Of a stretch of 64,000 bases of DNA, positions 38,901 through 53,842 are shown piece by piece. Under the pieces are notes generated by a model that was not told where the DNA came from, did not search any database, and saw only the letters and a program-made list of their open reading frames with translations. Origin of the DNA: Paragordius varius (Eukaryota; Animalia; Nematomorpha); the NCBI GenBank assembly GCA_964247055.1, contig OZ176055.1:3100001-3164000 (forward strand), given 5' to 3'. Made by a program: the position numbers and the translations under genes. Every line of letters begins with the position of its first letter. Position 1 is the first letter of the stretch.

Positions 38901-41900
38901 TTCGTTAAGATTTTGAAAAAAAAAATCCTGTACAATTTTTGTATAACAATAATAATTACACAAGAGTGTTATAATTTGAATAGGAATATAAATATTAGGT
39001 AATTTTTAACAAGTTGAATTTGCTGTCGTTTGAATACGAAAATTTAGCAATATTTTTCAAGCATAAGTTTTCTACATAACTCCATAACAATGTTTATATT
39101 TATGGAAACTCGAAACGTATGGATTTCTTAGTATGAGTCAAGATTGTTTTGTACCACATTGTAAAATTTGTCACATTAGTGCCATGTTGAAAATTTTGGT
39201 ATTTTGTAATATACTTTACGCAAAGAAGTTATTAAATATTTTATCTTTGAAAATGATAAATAAAATCAATTAAGAATTTCATTCACGTTTGACACGTGTC
39301 AAACTTTAAAAATACCGGTAACATCAAATGTTTTAAACTAAAATAGTTAAAAAACGTTTGATTTTGAATAAAGCTAATATTAAAATTTTTGATAAAAATC
39401 TTTTAATTTCTAAACAGCTTTTATAAATTAAAATCAAGGTATTTTATGGAAAACTTGGTCATTTTCTAACTTAGCTTTGGAAAAACGCTAGTTTATACAA
39501 ACGGTTTGCATTAAACACATTTAATTTCTATAAAGTATTTTTTAATTTTAAATACTATATAATAAGTAAGGCGGAGATGCGGCATTTAAATTTAAATTAA
39601 ACATTTGCCCAAAGAAAGCAACAACAAAAGGCTAAATAATGAAGCATAACATTTGGGCAATTTTATCTTCGCCAGCATTTTTGTGAAGCCTTTGAGAGTA
39701 ATACAAAGAAAAATTTAAAAATATAATTATATATATGTATACCGCAAAAAATAGGGTTCTCATATCCACTCTCTCGTTATCTAAATAACGAACACGCCTA
39801 AATAAAAATTTTAGGTATAATTTTTTTTTGTTTAACACAAAAAATAGCAAAACATCAAAGAGCACACAATAATTTTATTTTATTTATTTATATTAATTGG
39901 GTAGGAGAGGCTAGGCTGTATAATGTAGACTTACTCGCCTTGTTTTTATGCGTTTGGAAATTTAACTAACACACACTATATAGAGACAGTAACCGCCGAA
40001 TTCTTTGATCTTTTACCCCTGATTTTTTTTCTATAGGAAAAATAAATTTTTAGCATATTAACTTTTTTTATTTTCTCCTAGGTATAGAGATGTAGTTAGT
40101 TTGCTAATTTTAGGATATATGAATAAAAATTTTTTTAGATCCTAAATAATTTGTATTTCGTACGTTAAATGCTAATCGTAACATGAATATTCTTTTGAAG
40201 TGTAAAAGTTGGTTTTTTTCGCAAAAATAAAATATGCGCCCATTATTCTTAAATTTGGATTGGATTGGTTGAAATCCAAATTTTGGTGTTTCAGAGTAAG
40301 TTTGGAAAAATATCTGCTATTATTTTCTAATTTATGAACACACGAAAGGAATCCGCTTTTTTTATAAATTTTTTGGACGGCACGCAATTATTTTTACAAA
40401 ACAGCAAAGGAAAAGAGTTACGGAAAAGATAGTGAATTATCTCTTAAATTTTTTACACAAAAGTTATTTAAAAACTAAAGTTCAAAAATTTGGTATCCGA
40501 AACCATTATTATTAACATAATAAAAAGTAAAGGGCTTTATGAGTTCAAATAAGCATCCCCCTAATCCATTAAATATATTAGTGAGGGGTATTTATTCATT
40601 TATAAAATTCGGTTTCTCTCTTAAGTTTTTGACGTCTTTTTTTTCTTTGTGCTATCAAAACAATGAAAAAATAAAATAAAAATGAACTACCATTCTTTTT
40701 ATATTATATATTATCCAAAAGTTAAGTTAGTTACTATATACTGAACTCACTATTAACTTCAATGTTTAAAATATGTTTAAAAATAAATATTCTTTTGAGA
40801 GTATTTAACGGTTTTTAATTGAAAAATATTTTTGTAAAATAATGAATCTTTTATTTTTTGATTTTATACCTATAGAGGTAACTTAGTTTTGAAATAATTT
40901 GGATACTTAATACATGTATTGTTAATTATGTGATAGAATATTTCAAATAATATTAAAAAAGATTTAATTTTGTACAATACTTGTGATCCGATAATACTAG
41001 TTTTCTGATAAAAGCAAATTGGTTGTTTGAAGAATATATTTTTATTTTATATAATTTGATTTATTGTTTCAAATAAAATGCATAATTATAATATTTATCG
41101 GATAAAATATGTATGATAATATGTATTATGTATAGATGCAGACAGGAAAGAAAAACTTGTAAATTTTTTTCCTTCAATCAAAACACGCATTTTAAATTAT
41201 ATAAATATAAAATAAATTTTTCTGTTCTTGATATGTTTGCTGCGGGAGAATAAGTCAAACACGGCGGTATAATTCTCTCACATAAATCTAATTCATAGCA
41301 ATTCCTGATTGATTTTACATGTATTCCACTTTATTCTTTGATATCTTATTTATTGTGAATATTTAGAAATGCAAAATGGATGTAATTATATATATATTAT
41401 TAAAATTAAAAAAACATTGACCTTTTCCGATTTTATTAAAAATTATGCTAATATTTTATAATTGTTATCCACAATTGTTTGTGTTAGTTATTGTCGCGCT
41501 TTCGAGCATTTTAATTAATTATAACAAGACACAATGTATGTTCATACAAAAACCAAAGGTCATTTTTAATAATATAATATGGAAAAAATGCGAAAGGAAG
41601 TCGGGAAATCAATTAAAATTTATTGATTTTTTGAGATGCAATTGTAGAAAACTAATTTAAAAATTAAAATTTTGCCTTTGAAATGATTGACAGGCAGGTA
41701 TGTGGGATTTTACATTTATAAAAAAATTATCTTTATTGAGCAATCTTGATAAATTTAATTATGATTAATATTCAATACAATATACATGCATCATAAAATA
41801 TTTTTATTTGAAACCTAGCTATGTTGTAAAATATATAAGTATCCTGGAAAGTGTAGACTAAATTTTACTGTAATGCCTGCTTTTTAAAGTAAAAGAATCA

Positions 41901-44900
41901 CTTTTTAAATCACTCCTTATTGGGTAGAATTCTATTGCGGATGATTATTATTATTATCTAATACCCATGAATTTAGGCTAATAATAAAGTATTTCCTATG
42001 GTCTTTTAGGTGCATTATTTAAAAATTTAGATGTAAAATTAAAAACATCTCGGCCCCCCGAATATTTTCTCAGTTTTTGTTAAATTAATATGACATATCA
42101 AATGGCTTAAAATAACTTGATTTAGCCAGCAAATTTTCATAAGTTATTGATTATAAATAAATTAGCTGTTTGTTTCGATTGGATATTAAAATTTGCTTAA
42201 GAAATCTATAAGTTACAAAATTCAAACTTTTATCTAATATTGATAATTATATTTTCGAAAAAAATCTTTCAAAAGAAATTTCACAGGGTTTTATAACAAG
42301 TTTAAATGATATCTAACAATACTTCAATAAAAATTTCATACGTACTTAACGTTATATACCATTTCAATTTTATAAAATTTAATAAATTCTGCGCAAATTA
42401 TTATTGATTTTTACGTCTCAAATTTCATATTCAAATTAAATTTTGAATATTTAAAATGTATATATGTTTCACATTAAGATGAATTACATAAATTACAAAA
42501 TTAAAGCTATAGTAAAGAAATCGGATAAAACTGATTTCTTCTGCATCATATATTTTTATAACTTTTTTTCATCAAATTCACGGCATTTTCTCTCAGAATT
42601 TATTTTTTTGCAAAATTTGAGGTTTTGTTTTATCGAATAAAATAATATTTTTCTTTAATTTATAATTTTCATCAACCGTAAAAAGTATTTCTAATATAAA
42701 ATACATATTATGTAAAATATTTACCGTAATCAAATAGAAAACAACCTTATTTAAAATTTTATGGCTTCCAAAGGTAATAAAAAGTTGTGTGTTGTAAAGG
42801 CTAAAACACACAAAAAAATATCGGAAAATGCTTTCTTTGTAGATAAGTAGCTAAAAATCCTTTTTTAAATCCCTGCCTGCGCCGTTCTGACTAATTTCAT
42901 TATGCGGTAAATATATAAAATTATATACCATCTTGTGAGTTTCCAAATAAATGATATTTTTAACTTTAAATTTATTTAATAATACGGTATATATATAAAT
43001 TTTGATTTAACAGAAAAATTGAGACAGTTTTTAATATGAATAAATTAATGGTATTATTAACATTTTAAAAAAATTTAACTTTAAATCTTAAAATATACTA
43101 TAATGAACAAATTATAAAAACCCAAGCAAAACATTAAAAATAGATTGTCAATACACACTTAAACTAGAGTTTTGAAAACGTAAATTTATATACTTAATAT
43201 ATCAGGTAAAATCTTTAAAGATTTGACAATTAATAAATTATATAGTTCAAAATTATAAAAAAATTTGTCCAAAAATTCTGTCAATCTCCGGAATTACAAA
43301 CGTCAATCATATTTCCGTATATAAAAAAATTTAGAGTTACGCTCTGTATTAAAAAAAGTAGAAATGCATTATAAAACAACACAAAGGTTTGTGAAAAAAC
43401 ATCAAAAGATTTTTTCTTTTGTCTGTTGTTAGATATATTAGTATTTTGTTGTTAAAACAAAGCAAATGTACCAGTAAATGGTTTTTTGTAATACTCTATC
43501 CATCCTTCCCTTCGTATGAATAATATGTATAAAAATTACCAAAATACTTCTATTTTTACAGTACTCTATAAATCGACATATTTTCTATAGAGGATATATA
43601 ATTGTCAATTTTCATTTATTTTTAAACAAAAAATAACATTATTAATTTATATTTAAAAATATATAGTGACAAATGACCCATATTGTAATAATATGGTACA
43701 ATTTATAATTTACATAAATTAAAATTATTTTTTTTTCCAGAATGTCTCATAACTGTCAATCTTTTGTCGCAATCCTGCATTTTTTCTTCCAGTGCTTTTT
43801 TGCATCCTATTGTTGTTTTTTTTGAACATATTACATATAAAATAAATTTATAAAAATATATGAAAACAACAAAGTTTGAAAACTTTTCGGTTACATCATA
43901 TATTAATTTGATTTTTCGGATGTTTTTTATCGGCTATAAATTCCTTCCCAGGATCAAATATTTATTCATGATTAAAACCTTGATGCCAGTTTTGAATGCC
44001 CTGATGTCCATTATATAAAATGATTATATATATTGATATTGTAATATGCCAAGAAATAATGTGATTCAATGTTCATACCCATATTATTTAGTATCATCCC
44101 CTTAGATACAAAAGTTTTCACAGGTAATGAAATAAATATTTAATATATTTGGTTTTACGAGTTACACAAATATTATTGTACGAAAAATGGGTATATTGGC
44201 CCTTAATCAATTTTAACTTTTGATTTTTTTTAAAAAGAAGTTTTAAACATATACATTTTGTTAGCCAATTTAAGTTAATTCAACATAGCTTGTTAATTTT
44301 TTGGATTCATAAATAAATTGTTATATATCCTTAGACGGGACCACTTAAAAGTTTTGTAGCATTTTTTAATTTAACCTTTCAAAGCTGACAGGATATTCTT
44401 GGTAAACACCAAAATTTGGTGGATATTGTTAAATTCGTCTTTACAATTTCTTATTTATAGAGCTCTAAAACTCCTCGACGATAAAATTTCAATATTTGAC
44501 CACAATTTTCCATGCATAATTTTTGAATGTTATATTTAGATTCTGCCATGCCCTAAAATAAGTTTTAAAATTTTAAAAAATTGATCAAACCTGATAACTT
44601 TTAATCTCTTCAGTACCTCATTAGATAAAATAAGATTTTAAATAAATACCTGCATTTGTTTGTATGACTTTCCGTAAAACCTTATCCTATTTTTTGTTAC
44701 TCAAAAATTATGTAAATATAAAATGTATGTAAACCGACCATAATATTGATTACAAAAATATAGGATCATCTAATAAGATAATCTTTAGTTACCTCAAAAT
44801 TTATTTTAGATCAAATAATTTTGACAATCACACCAATAATACATGTATGTATAAGGATATGTACGCGTATATCATTATATTGCTTTTGAGCTATTTTTGC

Positions 44901-45181
44901 ATTCATATTATGTATTGTTATCGCAAAAATAACATTATTATACTATATTTTACTTTAAATTATATATTTTCAACAGCTAAAATTGTCAATTTAAAATATG
45001 CCTTTTACATATTATAAACATATCTTATTAAAAATATACCATCCTTGACATATCTATAAATCCAAATACAATTAATATTATTTAGCATTGATGCAAAACA
45101 AAACATAACTAACTACACACAAACAAAAATTATTAATGTCTTCTAACCTTAGAGAACAACTAGTTTGCCGACCGATTTTTC

Positions 45182-48100
45182 ATGGCAACTTTCAACAATA
45201 GTATTAACTCATCGTTTGCTGCGGTCACGTGCACACGATCCTGCCATTGGTCAATTCCTCCTTCCCAACTTTTATCATCTAATTATTATCCATTTAGTAG
45301 CAATAATAATTCAATGTTGTGTAACATCAATAATTCGACACCACCCGCCGTTTTTTACAATTTCAATCCTTATGGTTCTTCCTGTGTAGACACTACATCT
45401 ACTTGTTCTATCATGACTTACAATAATCCTAATATTAATTTTTATCCGTACACCAATTATGGGACAAATGGTACAAGCGGTTATTGTATCAATGAGAATA
45501 TCCCCAATTTTTATACTACCCAAACTCTAAATTGCAATAATAACTTACATAATTACAATACTTATAATATGAGTGTAGGACCTTCTCACTCTATATACTA
45601 TGGGAAAAGGGCACTTAATACTGCTGAGAATTTCTCCTCACCTGGTCGTCTTGAAGACGCCTCTAAAAGTTTAGAAACAAAGTTTCTAGATACTGTGGTA
45701 ATTTCTTCAACCTATAGCAATCCAATTGCAGAAAAAATGGTTTCTTACAGTGAAAACTCTAACCATAATTTTAAAGAAACTAATGGTCAACACATTCATT
45801 CATGCAAACAAGAGATTGAAATCAATAATAATAATAATGATGCCGAAAACAACTTTTCACCCAATAACGGTGAAAAATCAATATCAAATAATTTTGTACC
45901 TGATAATACGCCCCAAAAATTGTTGAAAAAAGAAACTTTGTTGTATCATGATGGATATAACCAACAAAATTACTTAAACGTGTGTCAAAATTTTTTTATG
46001 GAACCATTTCCTCCTCCATCGATGGAATCGAATAATAACACGACATATTATAATTTTAAGCATAAAATTCAAAATCCAAATATCTTAGCAGCTAGTAATA
46101 CATCAACAACTGCAGTTAACTTTGATTATAATAATGGTATAATAGACTCAAAAAATTTCTTGAAATTTAATTCTCCTATGATTGATAATAATCCCAATTA
46201 TCAACAAATAATATCATCTAAGAGCATAGAAACTGTTTTAAATGAACCACATCATCAGCAAGAGCAATATAAACCCCCAAATTTACATTACTTAAGTAAG
46301 CCATGCGCACCCAGTTATAACGGTGATAACGATGATGATTATAAAAATCGAAAAAACGATGATATCCTAGAAACACCGCTAACTGATAATTTTATCCATC
46401 TTCAAAATGAAACGAATTCGCATTCATCGTGTGGGGAAGACTCGCAAGGTAAAACTATTCTTTTTTAAACACTTAACACAAGATTAGAAAGGAATCAATG
46501 TAATTTAGTGTTTTTTAACCCTAAAACTTTTCAAGTTTGAATGAATAATTATAAATAAAAATAATGGATGACTTAGATAATAATTATGTAAAACTGTATG
46601 TAACTATTTTTCTTTAAACTACATATTCCAGGTTGAAAAATGGGGGGGGGGGATTCTTGTTTGTTTCAAAATATTTAACAAACTTTATATATCTAATTTT
46701 TGAAGTTGATCCAGTATGAAATTTGGCAATTTTTTTAAATGAAACTTATATGTATGTATAAAATAAAAAAATTTGTGTTAATATATGCGCACATATAAAA
46801 ATATACAATATACCTCTTTCTCGTTCAATATATGGGGATGATGGCTTCAGTTAATATATATGTTTTGATCGCTTTGGGATCTGAGATTTGGTTAATTTTT
46901 CTACAGAAAACATAGTTTGGGTACTTCGTTCAAATGTTAATTAAGAGATAAGCTTAAAATTTAGGAATTTTAAAGAAAAGTAAAGATTAAAACTTTGAAA
47001 AACTAAAAAATAAAATAATTTATCAACAACAATTAAAAAAGGATCACAAGCATCACAAAATAATTTAAAATTTTTGAGAGATATATATATATAAATATAT
47101 TTTTATTTGATTTTTTATTATATCTAATATAAATTTTATTATATATTCTTACATGTATACCAAAATGATCTATAAAAAAGTCTATAAATTTTATATATCT
47201 TATCCTAATTTTTATTTTATTTTTTATTTAATGCTTATTTTATTTTCAATATTAATAATAATGTATAATATTGTTACGACCAATTTACATTAAATACGCG
47301 CTGAGCGCTATTAAAAATAGAGATATTTAGAGCAATATATATAGATATGTGTAATAATAATTTTAAGTATTTTATTTTTTATATTTATTTTATTTGCATT
47401 TTTTATGACAATTCATAAAAATTTATTGTTTGGAGCTTTTTTTTCGGAAGAATTTCAGCAGCGTACATATAAGAAAACAAAATTTTTAATTATTATTCTC
47501 TTATTTTTTATACGCTAAGTGTGTTTTTATGTGTGAAATGCGGCCCGCGGTTTGTCACCAAAAAGTAATTTATCATGTCTGTCATTTCAATAATTTAGTT
47601 TTTTTAATTACCCAAACCCACCCACCCCTTTTTTCTTTGAGTTTTATTGTGTTGAAAGTTTTATTGGATTTTACACAATCGGTTGGTATTTAGGTTTAAC
47701 GTTTTTGAATACTTCCCATAGTTTTTATTAACGATACTCAAACCCACGGGCCGCACGGACCTAAAAATCCTTTATGGCCCTGAAGCTCTTTATTTTAAGT
47801 ATAAATATATGCAACTTTTATCCAGCCTTTAATACAAGAAAACCTTAGCATGGATTATCCAAAGTACATATTGGGTTTTCATGCCATAATTTCAAAAAAC
47901 TTTTTCAGATGTTATTATATATATATATATATATATATACTCGGGTAAATATTGTGATCGCTTCTAAAAATTAAGTGTTAAACTACTACAAAAATATATG
48001 GAAAAAAATTCTTTTACAATAATTGATACTAAAAATACTACTAAAATAAATTTATTATAATTATTTATTAACTGAAACACTCTATTAAATTTGTGGTATA

Positions 48101-51100
48101 AATGAGGGCTCTTTATTCATAAGTTATCGACTTGGTTAACATGTTTAACAGATCAAACCCTATAACTTTATGGGGGAAATTTCGCTTGTTTTTTAGTTGG
48201 ATACCTTTTTCTCCTAATTCCTAATAGAATCTCAATGCGCATTTCGAAGCATTATGTATGTAAAATAGCATTCTAGATGATTTAAAAATACAAACGGTAA
48301 ATCATATTTGTTACAAACTCCTTAAAAAAATTATGAAATCTTAGAACAGATCTTTTAGAGTGGGAGCGATGAATTCCCCCAATGATCAATAAAAAGTATT
48401 CATTTTAAAAAATAGGATATGTGCTGGGTATTTAACAAGGGTAGCATAGTGGGTTATCTTAAAAACAAGCGTTTTCAAAACTTGCGAAAAGAGTATGGTG
48501 GTATCATTACAAAGGGCAAGAGTTTTACAGGCCCACCGATGTATTAAATTATTGATAACTTACAAATTTGCGTCGCGATTCTTTATTAAGGAATGAATAC
48601 TTTTTCTAATTAAAATTTATATATAAAATTAAAATGTAATGTTCAATTAAGTCATAAAATTGAAGTTATACATAAAAGAAAAAAAGCTCGTTTTCTTTGT
48701 TATGCTATTTCCGATTCCGACCTCTGCCTATAAAAAATGCAATCTAAGTTAGATTTAATCAATAAAAAACATTGTTAAATTTTTTATAGCTATCTCATTG
48801 TGGCAGTATACTTTTATTTATAATTAAAAAATAATGTAATTATGTAAATTAGTATACGGTCAGTAGGTTTATATTGATTGTTATACATTTTAGGATTATG
48901 GAACTCAAATTACGTTAAATTTACATAGATTGTGTAAATCTGTAATCAGTCTTTTTCATATTTAGGGTTAGAGGCAATTTATTTATAAATATATATCAAA
49001 TCAACCAACAATTTTAGTCACCATTTGAGATGTATTTTTACCTGTATTTTTAAATGCTTAAAATTATTCCATATTGGTTATTAATCAACCAACCAACCAA
49101 CCGACCTAACGTTTGAGAGATTAATAATGATTTTATTGTTTTGTTTTTGTTTCGAAATGTTTCTTTGAAGTTTTTTCTTTTTTAAAATGCGCTGTTGTAA
49201 CCGATGATTGATAAGTTAAAATATTATACTTGTATATATATGCAATTATAGTTCCTTTTTTTATAAAAAATGTTATATAAAATTGAATTATGTATGCGAA
49301 TAAATAACTCAAAACTTGCTTAACCAAATTTTTGAAAACAATAATATCAACTTTATGTAATAATTTATGACCTTTTGTCGTACTTGTGTAGCATATTCAT
49401 TTTTTACCGAAAATTATCAAATGCGCTTTTTTCAAATTTTGTATAAATATGCCGTGCCAAAACCATAATTGTGAACGTTTTTTTTCCATAAATATCTTCA
49501 AAAAAACAGATATGTGTCCAAGTATAAAAAATATAATTTTACTTTTCCAATATTGTGCAAAATCTTTTCTATATAAAAACGATTTACACTCTAGGATATT
49601 AATTCTAAACGGGTTTCATTGCCCAAACGAAGAGTGATCCTTTATTTTTTCGGATTTGAAAAGCTCAGTTTTCCCCATAAAAACTAAAATATTAGAAATT
49701 ACATTTTTGACTCAAAATTTAATAGCATACTTATAAGCGTAAACAATCTTGAATCAAACTACTGACGTTGCATGACAACTAAATACTCCCCGTTATTTTA
49801 AAACTTATTTAAATTGGAATAAATATACATTATGAGTAAGTGTACATTGCTAGAAAGTTATAATCATTGCCAAATAGTGACCACAACAAAGGGTAGTATT
49901 ATTGGCTAATAATAATAAGCCAATAATACTACCCTTTGTTGTATTTGGCAATAATTAATAACTTTCTAGAAATGTATACTACTCTTACTGTATATTACAA
50001 CAAATATCATTTGAAAACATCCAATCAATATTAGGTCAAAATTTTTGCATAAACTGAAATCCCTTTTCTCAGCTCCAAACAAATATTACTATTGTTTTTT
50101 TTTTCAAAAAAATGGGATGGATATATATTTTGGTTTGGTATATTAATTTTCCCATTTATGTTAATTATTTAGTATATACATATTATATGTATAAGTTACA
50201 GAAAAAAAGAGGTTATATAACAAAGAAAGATTATATATGCGTTTTGTTTTTCAAAAGATCAAAGATACAAACAAATACCGCGGCCGTCACGACCCCGCCT
50301 CATAAATTACATTTTTTCACATATATTTATTTTATTTTTCATATATATAAAATACCTACTACTTATGCAAAAATACATTAATATATCATTTTCATTTTAC
50401 TCTGTATTTTACAATATTTATACGCAAATATTTTTTTGAAGTTAGCTAATTTATTTTTTATACAATATAAATAAAGTTTGGTTAGAAAGAAAAAAAGCTT
50501 TGATTTTGTAAGTTATAACCAACAATTTTTTTGAAAAGTTTAAATTTGAATAATTTATGCCGTAAATAATTTGGTGTTTTACATTTTGATTTTTGATAAG
50601 AAAGGGCTTATTCGAAAATAATAATTTTACAAACTTGTAATTAAAATATAATTGAACTATAAGTTTAAAAAAATTAAAAATTGTATAAGGATAGAATTAT
50701 TATTTAAATTTAATAAAAAACCAAGATTTACTTAAACATTTTCTTTTATATCCAAAATGATTTGATAATAACAGTTGAACATAATGCGTGATATTTTTAA
50801 AAAACTAAGAAACGGTCCCAATTTAAATTTATCCTTCTATCCTAATAAATTATATAATTAAGCTGAAATATCTAAATAAAATTTAGTTTTGAAAAATATC
50901 AAACTACTTCGGCGCCAGTTTTATTTTACAACATTTTGGCAAAATATCGTCTTCATTTAATTTTAAGGGTAAAATTATTGCTAATTTTTTATTTAAATTA
51001 CATTTAAATAGAAAAAGCGGTTTATTTTGTATTATTTTTAAATTTTACCATTGCACACATGCCACGTTGACTAAATTTTTACTTTTGGGTTTAACTTTAA

Positions 51101-52828
51101 AATAAGTAATATTACGTATTTTTGAATAAATTTTTTTATATTTCGGTTCATTAGTGTTATATAAGAAACTTTTGCCATGGTTTCAATTTCTTCTATATCT
51201 TTTCAAATATTTAATTTTAACCGACCTAGGATATCCAACTACCCCAATTTGAATCGAAGGACCGAAATGAATGTGTTGTATCCAAGTGTTAACCTGTTAA
51301 CCTTTTGAAAATGTTATCTCAATTTTATTATTTACATCCCCAAATCGAAACATCGCAATTTTGCATTCTCTTAGTAAATATATTATAGCAGACGACTTTG
51401 TAATTTTTCAAAATAACTTAAATATAAATAATTTTTACAACAGTATGCATGTAACCCGTTCTTGACGTTTCTTCAACGTTTTTCAAATAAGTTGCAATGT
51501 ATGAGTACATATTTCAATTTATAAAGGAATCAAATAAAGCATAAAATAATTAATCTTTTAAAAACTATTTAAGAATTTTTTTGGAATAATAACAATTTAT
51601 AGTAAACAGTTTTTAAATTTAAATTAAACATTTTAACGTTATATTTGAAACGCGCGTACATGGTTAAAGATATTATAATGAACTACGAGTCCAAAAACTG
51701 CGGATTATTAAATTATTTGAACTTAAAATACCACCCGCTTTATACTAATTTTACAGGGATATTATGAAAGTATAAACAAAATTTTATAAAATATATAAAT
51801 AAAAAGCTAAATTTAATTTAAATAAACAATGATCTGAATTTTTTTAACAGTTTAAGCGTGTTTTTATATATATTTGTTACAATTTGTTTTTATCAGATTA
51901 AAAATTTTCTTCTATAATAGATTGGCCACTCAACGGTAATAACCGCAAAAAGCGAAGACCGTACACAAAATATCAGACACTTGAGTTGGAAAAAGAATTT
52001 TTATATAATGCCTATGTGTCCAAGCAAAAGCGATGGGAGCTAGCCCGCAACTTAAGTCTAACCGAACGTCAGGTCAAAATTTGGTTTCAGAATAGGCGTA
52101 TGAAAAATAAGAAATCTAGTCAGAAGAATTGCAGTTCTACTGATTCTGGCTTAAGTCAAGCCGTTAAAAATACGTTGATGGAATGTTACAATCATCACTC
52201 ATCTTCAGTCGAATATGGTGGTGGACAGGGCAGCACTATGAATAATTCAAATGGGAATAATATGTATTGCAATTACAATAATAATCATCATACAAACAGC
52301 ACAAATATGTCACATAATGATCCTTTTTTCATTCACCTCCAACAACAACAACAACAATATACTGGGACAAGCGGTGTTTTTCAACAAAACTCTACTACAG
52401 CATCCATATTAGACCAGAAGGGAGGAAATCTGCCTTACTCCAATACCAATAATTGTACATATAACAATATTGAAAATAATGGTGATAACCAAGAAGAGAT
52501 AAACTTTAAATACCGTGAAATAGAAGGGCACAGCAGTAATAGGAAGTCAGGTTTTTCAAATTCAAATTCCGAAAGTTCCTATAATTATCTTCCTTATAAA
52601 AATGGACTCAACAATGAATTTGCAAACAACAATTACCAATATAATGTATCCAGTGAAACCACATCTGGCCCGACGCTTTTAAGCTGTTCTGCTGATACAA
52701 CTTTATCTATGTTTGGAAATATTGTATCTTCGCCTACGACTGAGAGTACTTTTGAGGAGAATCCGTACAACAAACTCTCATCCCAATTTCATTTTACAAG
52801 TGTTAGCCATCATCAAATATCATCTTAA
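45182..52828 (+). CDS. Abd-B: Posterior Hox protein, Abdominal-B type (2 exons, about 724 aa)
   Basis: Exon 45182-46448 (Asn/Ser-rich, ends G|GTAAAA, phase 1) joins exon 51921-52828 in frame: [65 protein letters not shown]. This is near-identical to the arthropod Abd-B homeodomain and has the conserved upstream W. The pairing of the two exons is inferred from phase; extra exons cannot be excluded. Confidence 0.88.
49839..49980. repeat. Long inverted repeat/hairpin in the Abd-B intron
   Basis: Perfect 25-bp stem (49883-49907 / 49918-49942) with a 10-nt AATAATAATA loop, extended by imperfect outer arms. Confidence 0.85.
50790..51292 (+). repeat. Dispersed ~500-bp repeat, copy 1 (probable non-autonomous TE)
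   Basis: Collinear with 62968-63467 (aaacggtcccaatttaaatttat, tcaaactactt, aattttaagggtaaaatta, agaaaaagcggtttattttgtattattttt, ccccaatttgaatcgaag). Confidence 0.8.
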
Positions 52829-53842
52829 AATTTATATGACTTTTTTACGTGACAATTAATTGTAGACCAGACTGGGTATTTTTCATTTATTAATGATTTA
52901 TGGTGAAAAACGCATTACAAGCCAAATATTTAATTGTCCATAGCTAAAACATTTGTTTTTTATCTAACATATTTATATAATAATGCCTACTTACAATATT
53001 GGGTTTCTCTTCACCAAAAACATATTGCATATATTTTTTCACTTAAATTAATCAATATTTTTATTATACTTATATTTAATAAAATATGGGCACTTTTTAA
53101 AATGAATCATGTACATTAAACCGGACAATTAATTTATAATTTGTTATTTATGTATAATACCCGCCTATATTAATTTTTCAATCCAACAGTATTATTTAAC
53201 ATTATATCACACACAAACTCTCAAAAATCAGCTTCCGTTAGTATTTTTTTATTTTTATTTAACAGTTTTATCCATTTTTTTATTTTATCTATATTGTTTA
53301 ACATTAAGCACACATATTTATTTTATTTAATTATGTAAATTCTCTACCAGTGCTTTTAATTTCTGTAAAATTTTTTATAGTTTGCTTAGCTAAATCGAAA
53401 AATTTGTGATTCATATATATATTCGATTGGTTTTGTAAATTTGTTTACATATTTTTCATAATATAAAAAATCGTTCAGCACCTATATTTTTGTAATTAAT
53501 TAATTTCATCTTTGTATAAAAATTATAAATAAATTGTAAATGATTCGTGAAATTCTAACATGTGATTCGGTACTTAATATTTGGATTTCGCTACCTATCT
53601 CGGTTTGACCGTCCTAGAGCGAATTTAAGTTTGAAATGAAAAGCATTGATTGGAATAAAGTATGCTATAGAGTTTTGATGAAATCCAAAACGTAATTTGG
53701 GAAAATTGTTCTCATTTTTCCACCAATTATTTAAGGCGTTTTGCACAGTAACTTATTTTAAAATAAAATTATATTATGATTTATAGATAAAATTTACCAC
53801 GAATAAAGTAGGAAAATTTAGTGAAGAAAGTTTTCTTGTTTA

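Noticed and set aside
47603-47615. TTTAATTACCCAA, 13 nt matching the nematode SL1 leader
   Set aside because: The match stops before GTTTGAG, and no splice donor or Sm site follows. It is likely a chance match in AT-rich DNA.
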